From: Candidatus Electronema halotolerans
GTDB taxonomy: Bacteria > Desulfobacterota > Desulfobulbia > Desulfobulbales > Desulfobulbaceae
NCBI GenBank assembly: GCA_942493095.1
Contig: OW818675.1
Location: 3,000,001 to 3,032,000 of the forward strand
Direction: 5' to 3'
Length of the DNA: 32,000 bases
The notes under the pieces are model-generated. The model saw nothing but the letters and a program-made list of their open reading frames with translations. It ran no database searches and was not told where the DNA came from. The position numbers and the translations under genes were made by a program. Shown piece after piece: positions 8,313 through 16,594 of this stretch (its first letter is position 1; each line of letters starts with the position of its first letter).

Positions 8313-8939
8313 ATGGAATCCATCATCACCTACGGCATCATCTATCTGCTCATCTTCCGACTGGCTGTGCTCGTGCTGGGCGGACTGAGCATCTTTTACG
8401 GCTACCGGCTCTTTCTGAGCAACGGGCAACAGGCAGGCCAGACTGCTGATCAGGGCGGCGAGCTGCACGGTAAGATCAACAGCAGCGAACTGACGATCAA
8501 GAGCACTGCGCCGGGCATTTTCTTCTCCGCCTTCGGCGCGGCCATTGTCATTGCCGTGCTGGCTGGCAGTCAGCCGGATGTCACGTACAATGAGAAGCAG
8601 CACAGTCCGCAGACCGGGGAGACCGTTCAGGAGAGCAGCATTTCCCTGCGCAGTCTGCCACCGAGCAGTGCTGTGTCCGCAGATGCGGGCACGGCAAGCT
8701 ACAGCCGGGTTGTCCGCGACCTTCCTCAAGCCATTGATGAACTCAAGACCGCTGTCAGTTTGGCCCCGGACAACCCGGATTACCGCGACCTGCTGGCCCG
8801 GCTCCTCTTTGCCTGGGGAGAGCCGGACAAGGCGGCGGCAGAGCAGCGGCGGGCCGTGGATAAGGTTGATGCGGCGCGCAAGGCGGACTTCCGAGCCAGA
8901 CTGGACCTGTATGAGCAGGCAGCGCGGGCAGGGGCATGA
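8313..8939 (+). CDS. hypothetical membrane protein with two predicted TM helices and a TPR-like C-terminal helical segment
   Basis: The track ORF 8241-8939 begins inside the IS1 right end. The first ATG outside the IS (8313, MESIITYGIIYLLIFRLAVLVLGG...) is the more likely start. Hydrophobic segments are at the N-terminus and at PGIFFSAFGAAIVIAVLAG. The C-terminus AIDELKTAVSLAPDNPDYRDLLARLLF looks TPR-like. There is no strong RBS. Confidence 0.5.
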   Translation: MESIITYGIIYLLIFRLAVLVLGGLSIFYGYRLFLSNGQQAGQTADQGGELHGKINSSELTIKSTAPGIFFSAFGAAIVIAVLAGSQPDVTYNEKQHSPQTGETVQESSISLRSLPPSSAVSADAGTASYSRVVRDLPQAIDELKTAVSLAPDNPDYRDLLARLLFAWGEPDKAAAEQRRAVDKVDAARKADFRARLDLYEQAARAGA

Positions 8940-9080
8940 AGTATCCCTGCCGCATCGCCTCCGGTATGCCCCTGCGCATACACCCTCGTATGCCCCTGCT
9001 CATACACCCCCGTATGCCGAGGCGCATACGCCTCCGTATGCCCCTGCGCATACACCCCCGTATGACGGGGGGCATACCGT
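8937..9080. repeat. tandem array of five 24-bp units, plus one degenerate unit, each an internal hairpin GTATGC-N6-GCATAC
   Basis: Units start at 8961, 8985, 9009, 9033 and 9057, an exact 24-bp period. Examples: CCGGTATGCCCCTGCGCATACACC and TCCGTATGCCCCTGCGCATACACC. A degenerate unit at 8937-8960 overlaps the stop of the upstream gene. The array fills the whole gap between convergent stops at 8939 and 9088. Confidence 0.9.
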
Positions 9081-9087
9081 CCGGCAT

Positions 9088-12012
9088 TCACGGCAGCACA
9101 ACCACTGGGAAGTCCGGCACGCCCTTGGGGATGACCACTGCCGGAGTCTGTTTGCCGTCGGTCAGGGTCTTGACCCGGTTAGCGATGTAGGTTCTGATCT
9201 CTGCTACGCTGATGGCGTGGTCTTTATCGTTGTAATCCGCATTGCCGCGCAGGGCCTCAAGCAGAGCCAAGGTAAAGGCTCCGTGCCCCCACTCGTCCCG
9301 CTCCTGCGCTGTCTGGTGGCCGGTGGTGGCGGAGAGGACGATCACCCCGTTCTCCGCCGCGCTCAGGTCGTTGATGATCTTGGTCATATCCACCTTGTCA
9401 TCGCCGCGCAGCCCGGCTGCCCTGCCGGAATAGCAGGTATCAACAAAGAACAGAGCCTTGCCGTGCAGCCGGGACACAGCATTGCTGATGGCCGTGCAGG
9501 ACACGCCGCTTCTGGTGTAATGCCAAGGCTTGAAGTCCTTGGGCAGGAAATAGTAGTCATCGTGCGCGTCGAGCTTGCCATGCCCGGCGAGAAAGACCAT
9601 TGCCACGTCGTTGTTTGTGGTCTGCTGCTCAATCCACTCCAGCCCTTCCAGCACTGCGTCCTGATCCGCCTGCTCATTGGTCAGCACACGGTGCTTGACC
9701 TCGCGGTAGAGCTTGCGCTCACCCGGCCCGGCCTGCTCCATCATCAGGGTGGCAAAGTCCCGCGCATCGTCAGCCGCATGCTTGAGATACTTCCTGCCCT
9801 TGTCATCCAAGTTGATCTCCGGCGCGTCATAGGCATCCACGCCCACGGCCAGCAGGTAGAGCACCGGCTTGAGCGCATCTTTGCTGCCCTGCCAGTGCAG
9901 ATTGATGACAGCGGGCGGCGACATGGCACTCTCCGTATTCTCGGCCAGCAGGCTGAGTTTCATGTCCTTGGCAGGCAGGGTCACATCCACGCTGCCTTCC
10001 CATTCCGCCGCGCTGCGCCGCTCCACCTTGGAACGCTGAAGGAACCCGCTTCCCGACCGCACCTGAAGGGCGACGACCGGCGGGCCGTTGTCATGGATGC
10101 GCACCCGGTAGCGCAGAGTCAGGGTCGGGCTGCTGAAGCTGCTGCCGTCTGCCGGTGAGAGCAGATCGATGGCGGGCGGCAGGAGTGACCTGACCGAGAG
10201 TTCACGCAGGCGGCCTGTCCGTCCCAAGGCCGCATCCGCCTGAGCCACGGCCTTGCTCTCGTCCAGGGTCTCCAGCACGGCAGCGACCACATCCGGGCGG
10301 TAGAAACGCTCGCGGAACTGGCTGGCCGGGAAGAAGTCGGCCAGCCGGTCTTTGCCGTTGTTGACCTGCCAGCCGATCAGACTGTCCCCGCCCGGACTGC
10401 TGTCATACCAGCCGCCCGGTGTCCAGGCTATCCACTGGCTTGCGTCCTTGGTGACAAAGAGGGAAAGCAGCGGCTCGCCGTCCGTGAGGCGGAACCAGCG
10501 GATGGTGCCGTCCGCAAAGGCAGCGACGGCCAGCCTGCCGTCCTTGCTGATGTTCACGCCCCAGGCTTCACCCAGCACCGGCTGCCGCCAGCGTTCCTTG
10601 CCTTGGCGGTCAAAGCAGCGCAGCGACCATTGTGCTCCAACAAGGAAACGCTGGCTAGCCGGGGCAATGGCAAGGCTGAGTGAGGTTTCACCATCTTCCA
10701 AGGCCAGCAACTGGCCGTTGAGCGTCGGGTTGTCCTTATCCTCCCAGTTCTCAATCTTCAGGCCCTCCGCCGCAGTGATCGGGGCAGTCAGGCTGCCCTC
10801 GCATTGTCCCTTGCGCAACTGCCGCTGACTGAGATCAAAGCAGACCGGTTCCTTGCCGCCAGAGCTTAAGCCCAAGCCGACTTGGCTGCCGTCCATGCTG
10901 ACCTGGAAGTTGTCACTGAGCTTGTTGCGCATATCCGGGAGATCAGGCCGGAGGGCATCAAAGAGCTTCCGGCCTTGCCTGTCATAGCCGAGCAGGGCCG
11001 GATCGCCAGTGCCGACCAGCAGGCTGCCATCGGGCAGGGGCTTGAGGTCCATCACTGTATTATCGGCTGCCTGCCAGCTCTCACGTTGACCTCGGCCCTT
11101 GGCTGCCCAGCGCAGGACAGGGTTGTTGCCGCTGCCGTCATCATACTTTCCCCCGGCAAAGAGGAAGCTGCCGTCCGCAGACCAAGCCACGTTGCCAAGA
11201 TTGCCGTTGTTGATGCCGCTCGTGTCCACAGCATAGAGCTGGTTCAGCTTGTTTGCATCCAGCACACTGACTGCGGTGCTGTCGTTAAAGCCGAGCGCAA
11301 GCCGGTCGCCTGTAGGATGAAAGGCGATGCTGAAGGGTTCCTTGCCGCCTTGAGCAGCGGCCTGCTTGTCTTTGCGGAAGCTCTTGCCGTCCACGCGATA
11401 GAGGCGGAGCTGGCCGTCATAGCAGGTGCTGACTAAGCTGCGGCTGTCCGGGCTGAAGGCGCAGCCGTAGCTGGCCGTGCCGTAGTCGCGGTCGGTAAAG
11501 GCGAGGCGGAAGCTGTCGCGTACATCATAGATACGTAGCCCTGCTCGCCCGATCATGGCTGCAAGCCATCGCCCGTCCGGGGACACAGAGAGATGGCTGA
11601 TAGCATCCCCCAGCCCCTCGATGCGCTGCCGCATCCGGCCGCTGGCCCGGTCAAGGATGTAGATGGAAACGCTCTTATCCCATTCATAGCCTGTCCAGCC
11701 TCCCGCTGCCAGCCACTCGCCTGCCGGGTCCATCGCCACGGCATAGAGCTTGCCCTCATCGCCCGCGCCGCCGGGCAGGCGGAAGGTGCGCAGCAGGCCG
11801 GGGTGCTCGGCATCCTCTATATCCCAGAGGCGCAGGGTCTTGTCCTCTGAGGCTGTGGCAAGCCAGCGGCCTTGGGCATCCGCAGCAATCCGAGTGAGCA
11901 TGGCGGTGTGGAAGCCGGTTTCTATGCGCAGCATGGGCGCGGTCGGCGGTTCAGCGGCCAGGGCGGTTGCCGCTGCCAGCAGCAGGGCAAGGAGGAAGGC
12001 AAGGTGTTTCAT
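9088..12012 (-). CDS. exported multi-WD40 beta-propeller protein with a C-terminal caspase-like (peptidase C14) domain
   Basis: 974 aa. Sec-type signal peptide MKHLAFLLALLLAAATALAAEP. About 560 aa follow of WD40-like repeats (e.g. SEDKTLRLWDI, CYDGQLRLYRV, FADGTIRWFRL). Next comes a beta-sandwich-like spacer, then a caspase fold with the His (VFLAGHGKLD) and Cys (FFVDTCYSGRA) dyad motifs. Good RBS (AGGAGA) before the ATG at 12012. Confidence 0.85.
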   Translation of the reverse strand: MKHLAFLLALLLAAATALAAEPPTAPMLRIETGFHTAMLTRIAADAQGRWLATASEDKTLRLWDIEDAEHPGLLRTFRLPGGAGDEGKLYAVAMDPAGEWLAAGGWTGYEWDKSVSIYILDRASGRMRQRIEGLGDAISHLSVSPDGRWLAAMIGRAGLRIYDVRDSFRLAFTDRDYGTASYGCAFSPDSRSLVSTCYDGQLRLYRVDGKSFRKDKQAAAQGGKEPFSIAFHPTGDRLALGFNDSTAVSVLDANKLNQLYAVDTSGINNGNLGNVAWSADGSFLFAGGKYDDGSGNNPVLRWAAKGRGQRESWQAADNTVMDLKPLPDGSLLVGTGDPALLGYDRQGRKLFDALRPDLPDMRNKLSDNFQVSMDGSQVGLGLSSGGKEPVCFDLSQRQLRKGQCEGSLTAPITAAEGLKIENWEDKDNPTLNGQLLALEDGETSLSLAIAPASQRFLVGAQWSLRCFDRQGKERWRQPVLGEAWGVNISKDGRLAVAAFADGTIRWFRLTDGEPLLSLFVTKDASQWIAWTPGGWYDSSPGGDSLIGWQVNNGKDRLADFFPASQFRERFYRPDVVAAVLETLDESKAVAQADAALGRTGRLRELSVRSLLPPAIDLLSPADGSSFSSPTLTLRYRVRIHDNGPPVVALQVRSGSGFLQRSKVERRSAAEWEGSVDVTLPAKDMKLSLLAENTESAMSPPAVINLHWQGSKDALKPVLYLLAVGVDAYDAPEINLDDKGRKYLKHAADDARDFATLMMEQAGPGERKLYREVKHRVLTNEQADQDAVLEGLEWIEQQTTNNDVAMVFLAGHGKLDAHDDYYFLPKDFKPWHYTRSGVSCTAISNAVSRLHGKALFFVDTCYSGRAAGLRGDDKVDMTKIINDLSAAENGVIVLSATTGHQTAQERDEWGHGAFTLALLEALRGNADYNDKDHAISVAEIRTYIANRVKTLTDGKQTPAVVIPKGVPDFPVVVLP

Positions 12013-12048
12013 GGTATGTTCTCCTGTATCTCATTGCGGCCAAAGGGA

Positions 12049-12076
12049 GTAGGGGTAATTCATGAATTACCCCTAC
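12049..12076. repeat. perfect 28-bp palindrome, sibling of the hrpA-internal element
   Basis: GTAGGGGTAATTC-AT-GAATTACCCCTAC. It lies 37 bp upstream of the WD40-caspase start and 69 bp downstream of the cimA stop. Outer GTAGGGG/CCCCTAC and inner TTC/GAA are shared with 5588-5615, and the 3' flank GCATT(T)CC is also shared. Confidence 0.85.
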
Positions 12077-12144
12077 GGCATTTCCCTGCTTGGTGTCTGC
12101 ACCAAGAAAGCGTTCGTGGAGACACCAAACACCGGGGCTGCCCC

Positions 12145-13734
12145 CTACTCCCGCGCATCCTTCATCAGCTTGTAGTTGACCGCATCTTCCAACGCCTGCC
12201 AGCTCGCCTCAATGATGTTGATGGACACGCCCACTGTGCCCCACTGACTGGCCGCGTCCCGACTCTCGATCAAGACCCGCACCTTGGCTCCGGTGCCGTG
12301 CTCGCCGGACAGCACCCGCACCTTGTAATCCATCAGCTCCATCTCCTCCAAGCGGGGATAAAAACGGAGCAATGCCTTGCGCATGGCTTTGTCCAAAGCG
12401 TTGACCGGACCGTCACCGAGCGAGGCAGTATGCTCCTCAGAACCGTTCACGGTCAGACGGACTGTGGCCTCGGTCAGGGAATCTGTGTCCGTCAGCCGCC
12501 GACTGTTCATCACCCGGAAGCTCTCCAGCTTGAAGAACTGCTGCTCAATGCCCATCGCCCGCCGCATGAGCAGTTCAAAGCTGGCCTCGGCACCTTCATA
12601 CTGAAAGCCCTGATTTTCCAGCTCCTTCAACTCCTGCACGATCTTGGTCATGGCCGGGTCGTCGGCCTTGAGGTTGAGACCGTACTTGACCGCCTTGTGC
12701 ATAACATTGGATTTTCCGGCCTGATCCGAGATCAGGATGCGGCGGATATTACCGACCTTTTCCGGCTCAATATGCTCATAGGTCAGGGGATTGCGCTGCA
12801 CCGCGCTGACATGAATCCCGCCCTTATGGGCAAAAGCGGATTCTCCCACATAGGGCTGATAGCGGTTGTGCGGCAGATTGGCTAATTCGTTGACAAAGCG
12901 CGAGGTGAAATAAAGCTGGTCAATGTTCTTGCCGACCTCGGCTTCCAAGCCCATTTTGCAGATTACTGCCGGGATAATTGAGGTCAGATTGCCGTTGCCG
13001 CAGCGTTCGCCGTAGCCGTTGATGGTGCCCTGAACCTGCTGCACGCCGAGCGACACGCCGAGCAGGGCGTTGGCCACAGCAGTTTCCGAGTCGTTGTGTG
13101 GGTGGATGCCAATTTTGACCGTGCTGCCCAGCTCGCGCAGGAACTGCTGCACCCGCTCGATGATCGCCGGAATCTCGTGCGGCAGGGTGCCGCCGTTGGT
13201 GTCGCAGAGGGCCAAGGTCTCGGCCCCACCCTTTACCGCCTGGGCCAACGTTGCCAGACAGTATTCCCGGTTGTTCTTAAAGCCGTCAAAGAAATGCTCG
13301 GCATCGTAGATCAGGTGCCGGACATGAGGCCGCAGATAGGCGAGCGAATCCTCGATGATTTGCAGGTTGTCCTCCAACTGGATACGCAGGGCATCGTGGA
13401 CATGAATATCCCAGCTCTTGCCGAAGATGGTGATAGCCGGGGTTTCAGCGGCGAGCAAGGCGGCCAAGTTCGGGTCTTTGTCCGGCGGGTTCTGGAAATG
13501 CCGGGTTGAGCCAAAGGCGGACAGCTTGGCGTGTTGCAATTCCACGCTCTTCATCTTCTCAAAATACTCCACTGCCAGCGGGTTGGAGCCGGGCCAGCCG
13601 CCTTCGATGAAGTCAATGCCGAGCTTGTCCAACTGCTTGGTGATACGGATTTTGTCGTCAACAGAGAGATTGAAGTTCTCGGCCTGAGTGCCGTCCCGCA
13701 GGGTGGTGTCGTAAAATTCAATAAGCTGGGTCAT
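12145..13734 (-). CDS. cimA: (R)-citramalate synthase (LeuA-related, CimA type)
   Basis: The N-terminus from the ATG at 13734 (MTQLIEFYDTTLRDGTQAENFNLSVDDKIRITKQLDKLGIDFIEGGWPGSNP) matches the CimA/LeuA-family HMGL-like domain. Length (about 529 aa) and the C-terminal LeuA-dimer-like region fit CimA. The track ORF extends to 13800, but that extension looks non-native. Confidence 0.82.
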   Translation of the reverse strand: MTQLIEFYDTTLRDGTQAENFNLSVDDKIRITKQLDKLGIDFIEGGWPGSNPLAVEYFEKMKSVELQHAKLSAFGSTRHFQNPPDKDPNLAALLAAETPAITIFGKSWDIHVHDALRIQLEDNLQIIEDSLAYLRPHVRHLIYDAEHFFDGFKNNREYCLATLAQAVKGGAETLALCDTNGGTLPHEIPAIIERVQQFLRELGSTVKIGIHPHNDSETAVANALLGVSLGVQQVQGTINGYGERCGNGNLTSIIPAVICKMGLEAEVGKNIDQLYFTSRFVNELANLPHNRYQPYVGESAFAHKGGIHVSAVQRNPLTYEHIEPEKVGNIRRILISDQAGKSNVMHKAVKYGLNLKADDPAMTKIVQELKELENQGFQYEGAEASFELLMRRAMGIEQQFFKLESFRVMNSRRLTDTDSLTEATVRLTVNGSEEHTASLGDGPVNALDKAMRKALLRFYPRLEEMELMDYKVRVLSGEHGTGAKVRVLIESRDAASQWGTVGVSINIIEASWQALEDAVNYKLMKDARE

Positions 13735-14016
13735 GGTCTTGTTCCTTTGCTTTTGGCAGCAGGATGAGTTTTTCGCGTTGTTTTTTGGCCGTAAAATCAT
13801 ACAATGAATAAGCCGGGCTGCGCAATCAGTTTCAATGCGGGCCGGGCGGCCCGCCTTGGCGGTCAGGCAGAAAATCCTTGCTCAACCTGAAGCAGTTGCT
13901 GTTGAGAAATCTGTTCTTTTTTGTTAGGTTGAAGCCAAGCGAGGAGGACGGCGGCTGTCCGCTGGTCAGAAAGACCGGCAGCAGTGATTTTTCTCTAAAC
14001 CTGTGAGGAGGTTTGC

Positions 14017-15804
14017 ATGAAGGTTTTAGTCATCGGTTCCGGCGGCAGGGAGCACGCGCTGGTGTGGAAATTGAGCCAGTCGGAGCGGGTGAAATCCATC
14101 ATTTGCGCTCCTGGCAACGCTGGCATTCGGAAATTAGCCAACTGCGTCAAGATTGCGGCGGATGATGTGGACGCGCTGCTTGAGTATGCCCTGAAGGAAA
14201 ATATCGATATGACCGTGGTCGGCCCGGAAAGCGCGCTGGCCAAGGGCATTGCTGACCGCTTTCAGGAAAAGGGCCTGCGCATCTTCGGCCCCACAGCGGC
14301 AGCGGCGGAACTGGAGAGCAGCAAGGTCTTCTGCAAGGACTTTCTCCGCAAATATGACATTCCCACTGCCGATTACGAGACTTTTGACCGGCCAGAGTCA
14401 GCCAAACGCTTCATCGACAAGATCGGCGCGCCCTGCGTGATCAAGGCGGACGGTCTGGCCGCAGGCAAGGGGGTGCTGGTCTGCCAGACCAGAAGCGAGG
14501 CCAAGCAGGCTGTTGATCTGATCATGAATGAAGGGGCCTTTGGCGATGCAGGCGGCAAAATTGTGGTGGAGGAATTTCTCTCTGGCGAGGAAGTGTCGTT
14601 CATTGCCTTTGTTGACGGCGAAAATGTCCTGCCCCTGCCGTCCTCCCAGGATCACAAGGCGATTTTTGAAGGCGACCGGGGGCCGAACACCGGCGGCATG
14701 GGTGCGTACTCGCCTGCGCCGGTCTTGGATGAGTCCATGACCATGCGGGTCATGCACGAGGTCATGCTGCCGACCGTGCGGGGCATGGCAGCCGAGGGCC
14801 GTCCCTACAAGGGCATGCTCTATGCCGGTCTGATGATCGATGAGGACGACAGGATCAATGTCTTGGAATTCAACTGCCGCTTCGGTGATCCTGAATGCCA
14901 GCCCCTGCTCATGCGTTTGCAGACGGATTTGGTTGATGTTTTTGAGCGGGCGATTGACGGCTCCCTTGACGATATCGATCTGGCCATTGACCCGCGCCCG
15001 GCAGTCTGCGTGGTCATGGCCTCAGAGGGTTATCCAAGTGCCTGCAAGACCGGCAGACCGATCACTGGCTTGGTCAATGCCTCGAAATTAAAAGACGTGA
15101 TGATCTTTCACGCTGGCACCACGGTTGAGAATCAGACCACCCTGACTGCGGGCGGCAGAGTCTTGGGCGTGACCGCAATGGATGCCTCGATTGCCAAGGC
15201 CATTGAGCGGGCCTACAAGGCGGTTGATAAAATCAAATGGAAAGGCAGCTATTTCCGCCGCGACATCGGCTACCGCGCCCTGCGCCGTCTGCAAAAGAAC
15301 AGCGGCCCGGCAGTGGGCATTGTCATGGGTTCAGATTCTGATCTGCCGGTGATGCAGGCGGCAGCAGACTTTCTCAGCAGCATCGGCATCAAGCATGAGG
15401 TCACTATCTCCTCGGCCCACCGCACCCCGGAGCAAACTGCTGAATACGCCCGCACAGCGGCCCGGCGCGGCCTCAAGGTCATCATTGCCGGGGCAGGCAT
15501 GTCCGCTCATTTAGCTGGGGTGATTGCCGCGCACACTGTCTTGCCGGTGATCGGGGTGCCAATTGATGCCTCGCCCCTCAACGGCTTGGATGCCCTGCTC
15601 TCGACCGTGCAGATGCCGCCCGGCATTCCAGTGGCGACAATGGGGATTGGCAAGTCCGGGGCCAAGAACGCGGCAGTTTTAGCGGCCCGGATTCTGGCGG
15701 TGCATGATCAGGATATTACTGAAGCCCTGCGCCAGTTCAGCCAGGAAATGGAGGAGCAGGTGGTGGCCAAGAATCAGGCCCTCCAGCAAAACAAGGGCCA
15801 GTGA
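14017..15804 (+). CDS. purD-purE: bifunctional fusion of phosphoribosylamine-glycine ligase (PurD) and class I N5-CAIR mutase (PurE)
   Basis: 595-aa continuous ORF. Residues 1 to about 425 are PurD (MKVLVIGSGGREHAL.WK, GPNTGGMGAYSP, ...KGSYFRRDIGYRA). After about 10 residues comes a PurE domain (GIVMGSDSDLPVM, SSAHRTPE, IAGAGMSAHLAGV, PVIGVP). Strong RBS GAGGAGG. Confidence 0.85.
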   Translation: MKVLVIGSGGREHALVWKLSQSERVKSIICAPGNAGIRKLANCVKIAADDVDALLEYALKENIDMTVVGPESALAKGIADRFQEKGLRIFGPTAAAAELESSKVFCKDFLRKYDIPTADYETFDRPESAKRFIDKIGAPCVIKADGLAAGKGVLVCQTRSEAKQAVDLIMNEGAFGDAGGKIVVEEFLSGEEVSFIAFVDGENVLPLPSSQDHKAIFEGDRGPNTGGMGAYSPAPVLDESMTMRVMHEVMLPTVRGMAAEGRPYKGMLYAGLMIDEDDRINVLEFNCRFGDPECQPLLMRLQTDLVDVFERAIDGSLDDIDLAIDPRPAVCVVMASEGYPSACKTGRPITGLVNASKLKDVMIFHAGTTVENQTTLTAGGRVLGVTAMDASIAKAIERAYKAVDKIKWKGSYFRRDIGYRALRRLQKNSGPAVGIVMGSDSDLPVMQAAADFLSSIGIKHEVTISSAHRTPEQTAEYARTAARRGLKVIIAGAGMSAHLAGVIAAHTVLPVIGVPIDASPLNGLDALLSTVQMPPGIPVATMGIGKSGAKNAAVLAARILAVHDQDITEALRQFSQEMEEQVVAKNQALQQNKGQ

Positions 15805-16415
15805 TTCTGCCCCCTTCTGAAGCTGCTCTGCTGGAGGCGGCAAAATGCCTCCGGCAGGGCGGTCTGCTTGCCTTTCCCACAGAAACCTCTTACGGCCTTG
15901 GCGTTGATCCTTTCAACAGCACGGCCTTGCAGCGGCTTTTCGCGGTCAAGCAGCGGCCTGCGGCCAAACCGGTGCTGGTCTTGGTTGAAAATCAGACCCA
16001 AGTGCCGCTCTTGGCCGCGCAGGTGCCAGATGCCCTGCAAGAGCTGATGAACCGCTTCTGGCCCGGCCCGCTGACCGTGGTCTGTCCGGCCCGGTCTGAT
16101 CTGCCGGACTTGCTCACCGGCGGCAGCGGCACAGTCGGCATCCGTCAATCGCCCGAACCAACTGCGGCCCGCTTGCTGGCAGCCTTTGGCGGGCCGATCA
16201 CCGCCACCAGCGCCAATTGCTCCGGTCAACCAGCAGCAGTGACAGCGGCTGACGTGAAAACAATTTTTTCCAGTCAGATCGACCTGATCATTGATGGCGG
16301 CAGAACGCCGGGCGGGCTAGGCTCCACTCTGATCGGCTGCGATGAGCAGGGGCGGCTGCGTTACCTGCGGGAGGGCAAAATTCCTTGGTCCGCAGCGACA
16401 GAAGCTGTTGCCTGA
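15801..16415 (+). CDS. tsaC: L-threonylcarbamoyladenylate synthase (YrdC/TsaC type)
   Basis: 204 aa with LAFPTETSYGLGVDP and TATSANCSGQP motifs. The GTG start overlaps the purD-purE stop (GTGA). Confidence 0.85.
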   Translation: MILPPSEAALLEAAKCLRQGGLLAFPTETSYGLGVDPFNSTALQRLFAVKQRPAAKPVLVLVENQTQVPLLAAQVPDALQELMNRFWPGPLTVVCPARSDLPDLLTGGSGTVGIRQSPEPTAARLLAAFGGPITATSANCSGQPAAVTAADVKTIFSSQIDLIIDGGRTPGGLGSTLIGCDEQGRLRYLREGKIPWSAATEAVA

Positions 16416-16445
16416 AAATATTTTCCTTGGCAAGCAGAAAAAAAC

Positions 16446-16475
16446 TTGCAATTATTCCCAAGAGCAACATACAAT
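16446..16475 (+). promoter_or_regulatory. sigma70-like promoter of the first csp unit
   Basis: TTGCAA (16446-16451), an 18-nt spacer, then TACAAT (16470-16475). The homologous position in the duplicated copy also carries a good promoter. Confidence 0.5.
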
Positions 16476-16594
16476 ATGTGTATGTTATGCAGTCACTCTT
16501 GTACAAATTGACAGAATCAACCGCACGAACATCTAAAAATGAGAGGGTATTTTTGTTTGAGCGGAGAGCGGCGGCCTGTCAGCATTGAATAATT

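Noticed and set aside
8937-9080. CRISPR array?
   Set aside because: The units are directly abutting 24-bp repeats with no unique spacers, and there are no cas genes in the window.
8936-9190. 84-aa ORF starting in an ATGA overlap with the upstream gene and encoding RMPLRIHP octapeptide repeats
   Set aside because: The repeats are simply the 24-bp DNA array read in one frame, and all three frames stay open. The ORF also overlaps the 3' end of the convergent caspase gene. It was treated as non-coding.
8545-10158. 537-aa plus-strand ORF
   Set aside because: It is antisense to the WD40-caspase gene and runs through the 24-bp repeat array. It is Arg/Ala/Gly/Pro-rich with no motifs, the typical shadow frame of a GC-rich gene. 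The opposite-strand protein has clear domains.
11872-12885. 337-aa plus-strand ORF
   Set aside because: It spans the caspase gene start, the intergenic palindrome and the antisense strand of cimA. It is not a plausible single gene.
13735-13800. 22-codon N-terminal extension of cimA (MILRPKNNAKNSSCCQKQRNKT)
   Set aside because: CimA/LeuA homologues start at M-x-x-(I/V)-x-x-YDTTLRDG, and an AAGGA-like RBS precedes the internal ATG at 13734.
13801-14016. Riboswitch (ZTP/pfl or purine) upstream of purD-purE
   Set aside because: I looked for the CCGCCTGGGC pseudoknot element and the GGGTCGTGAC-type core of ZTP, and for the purine-riboswitch junction motifs. None were found by eye.
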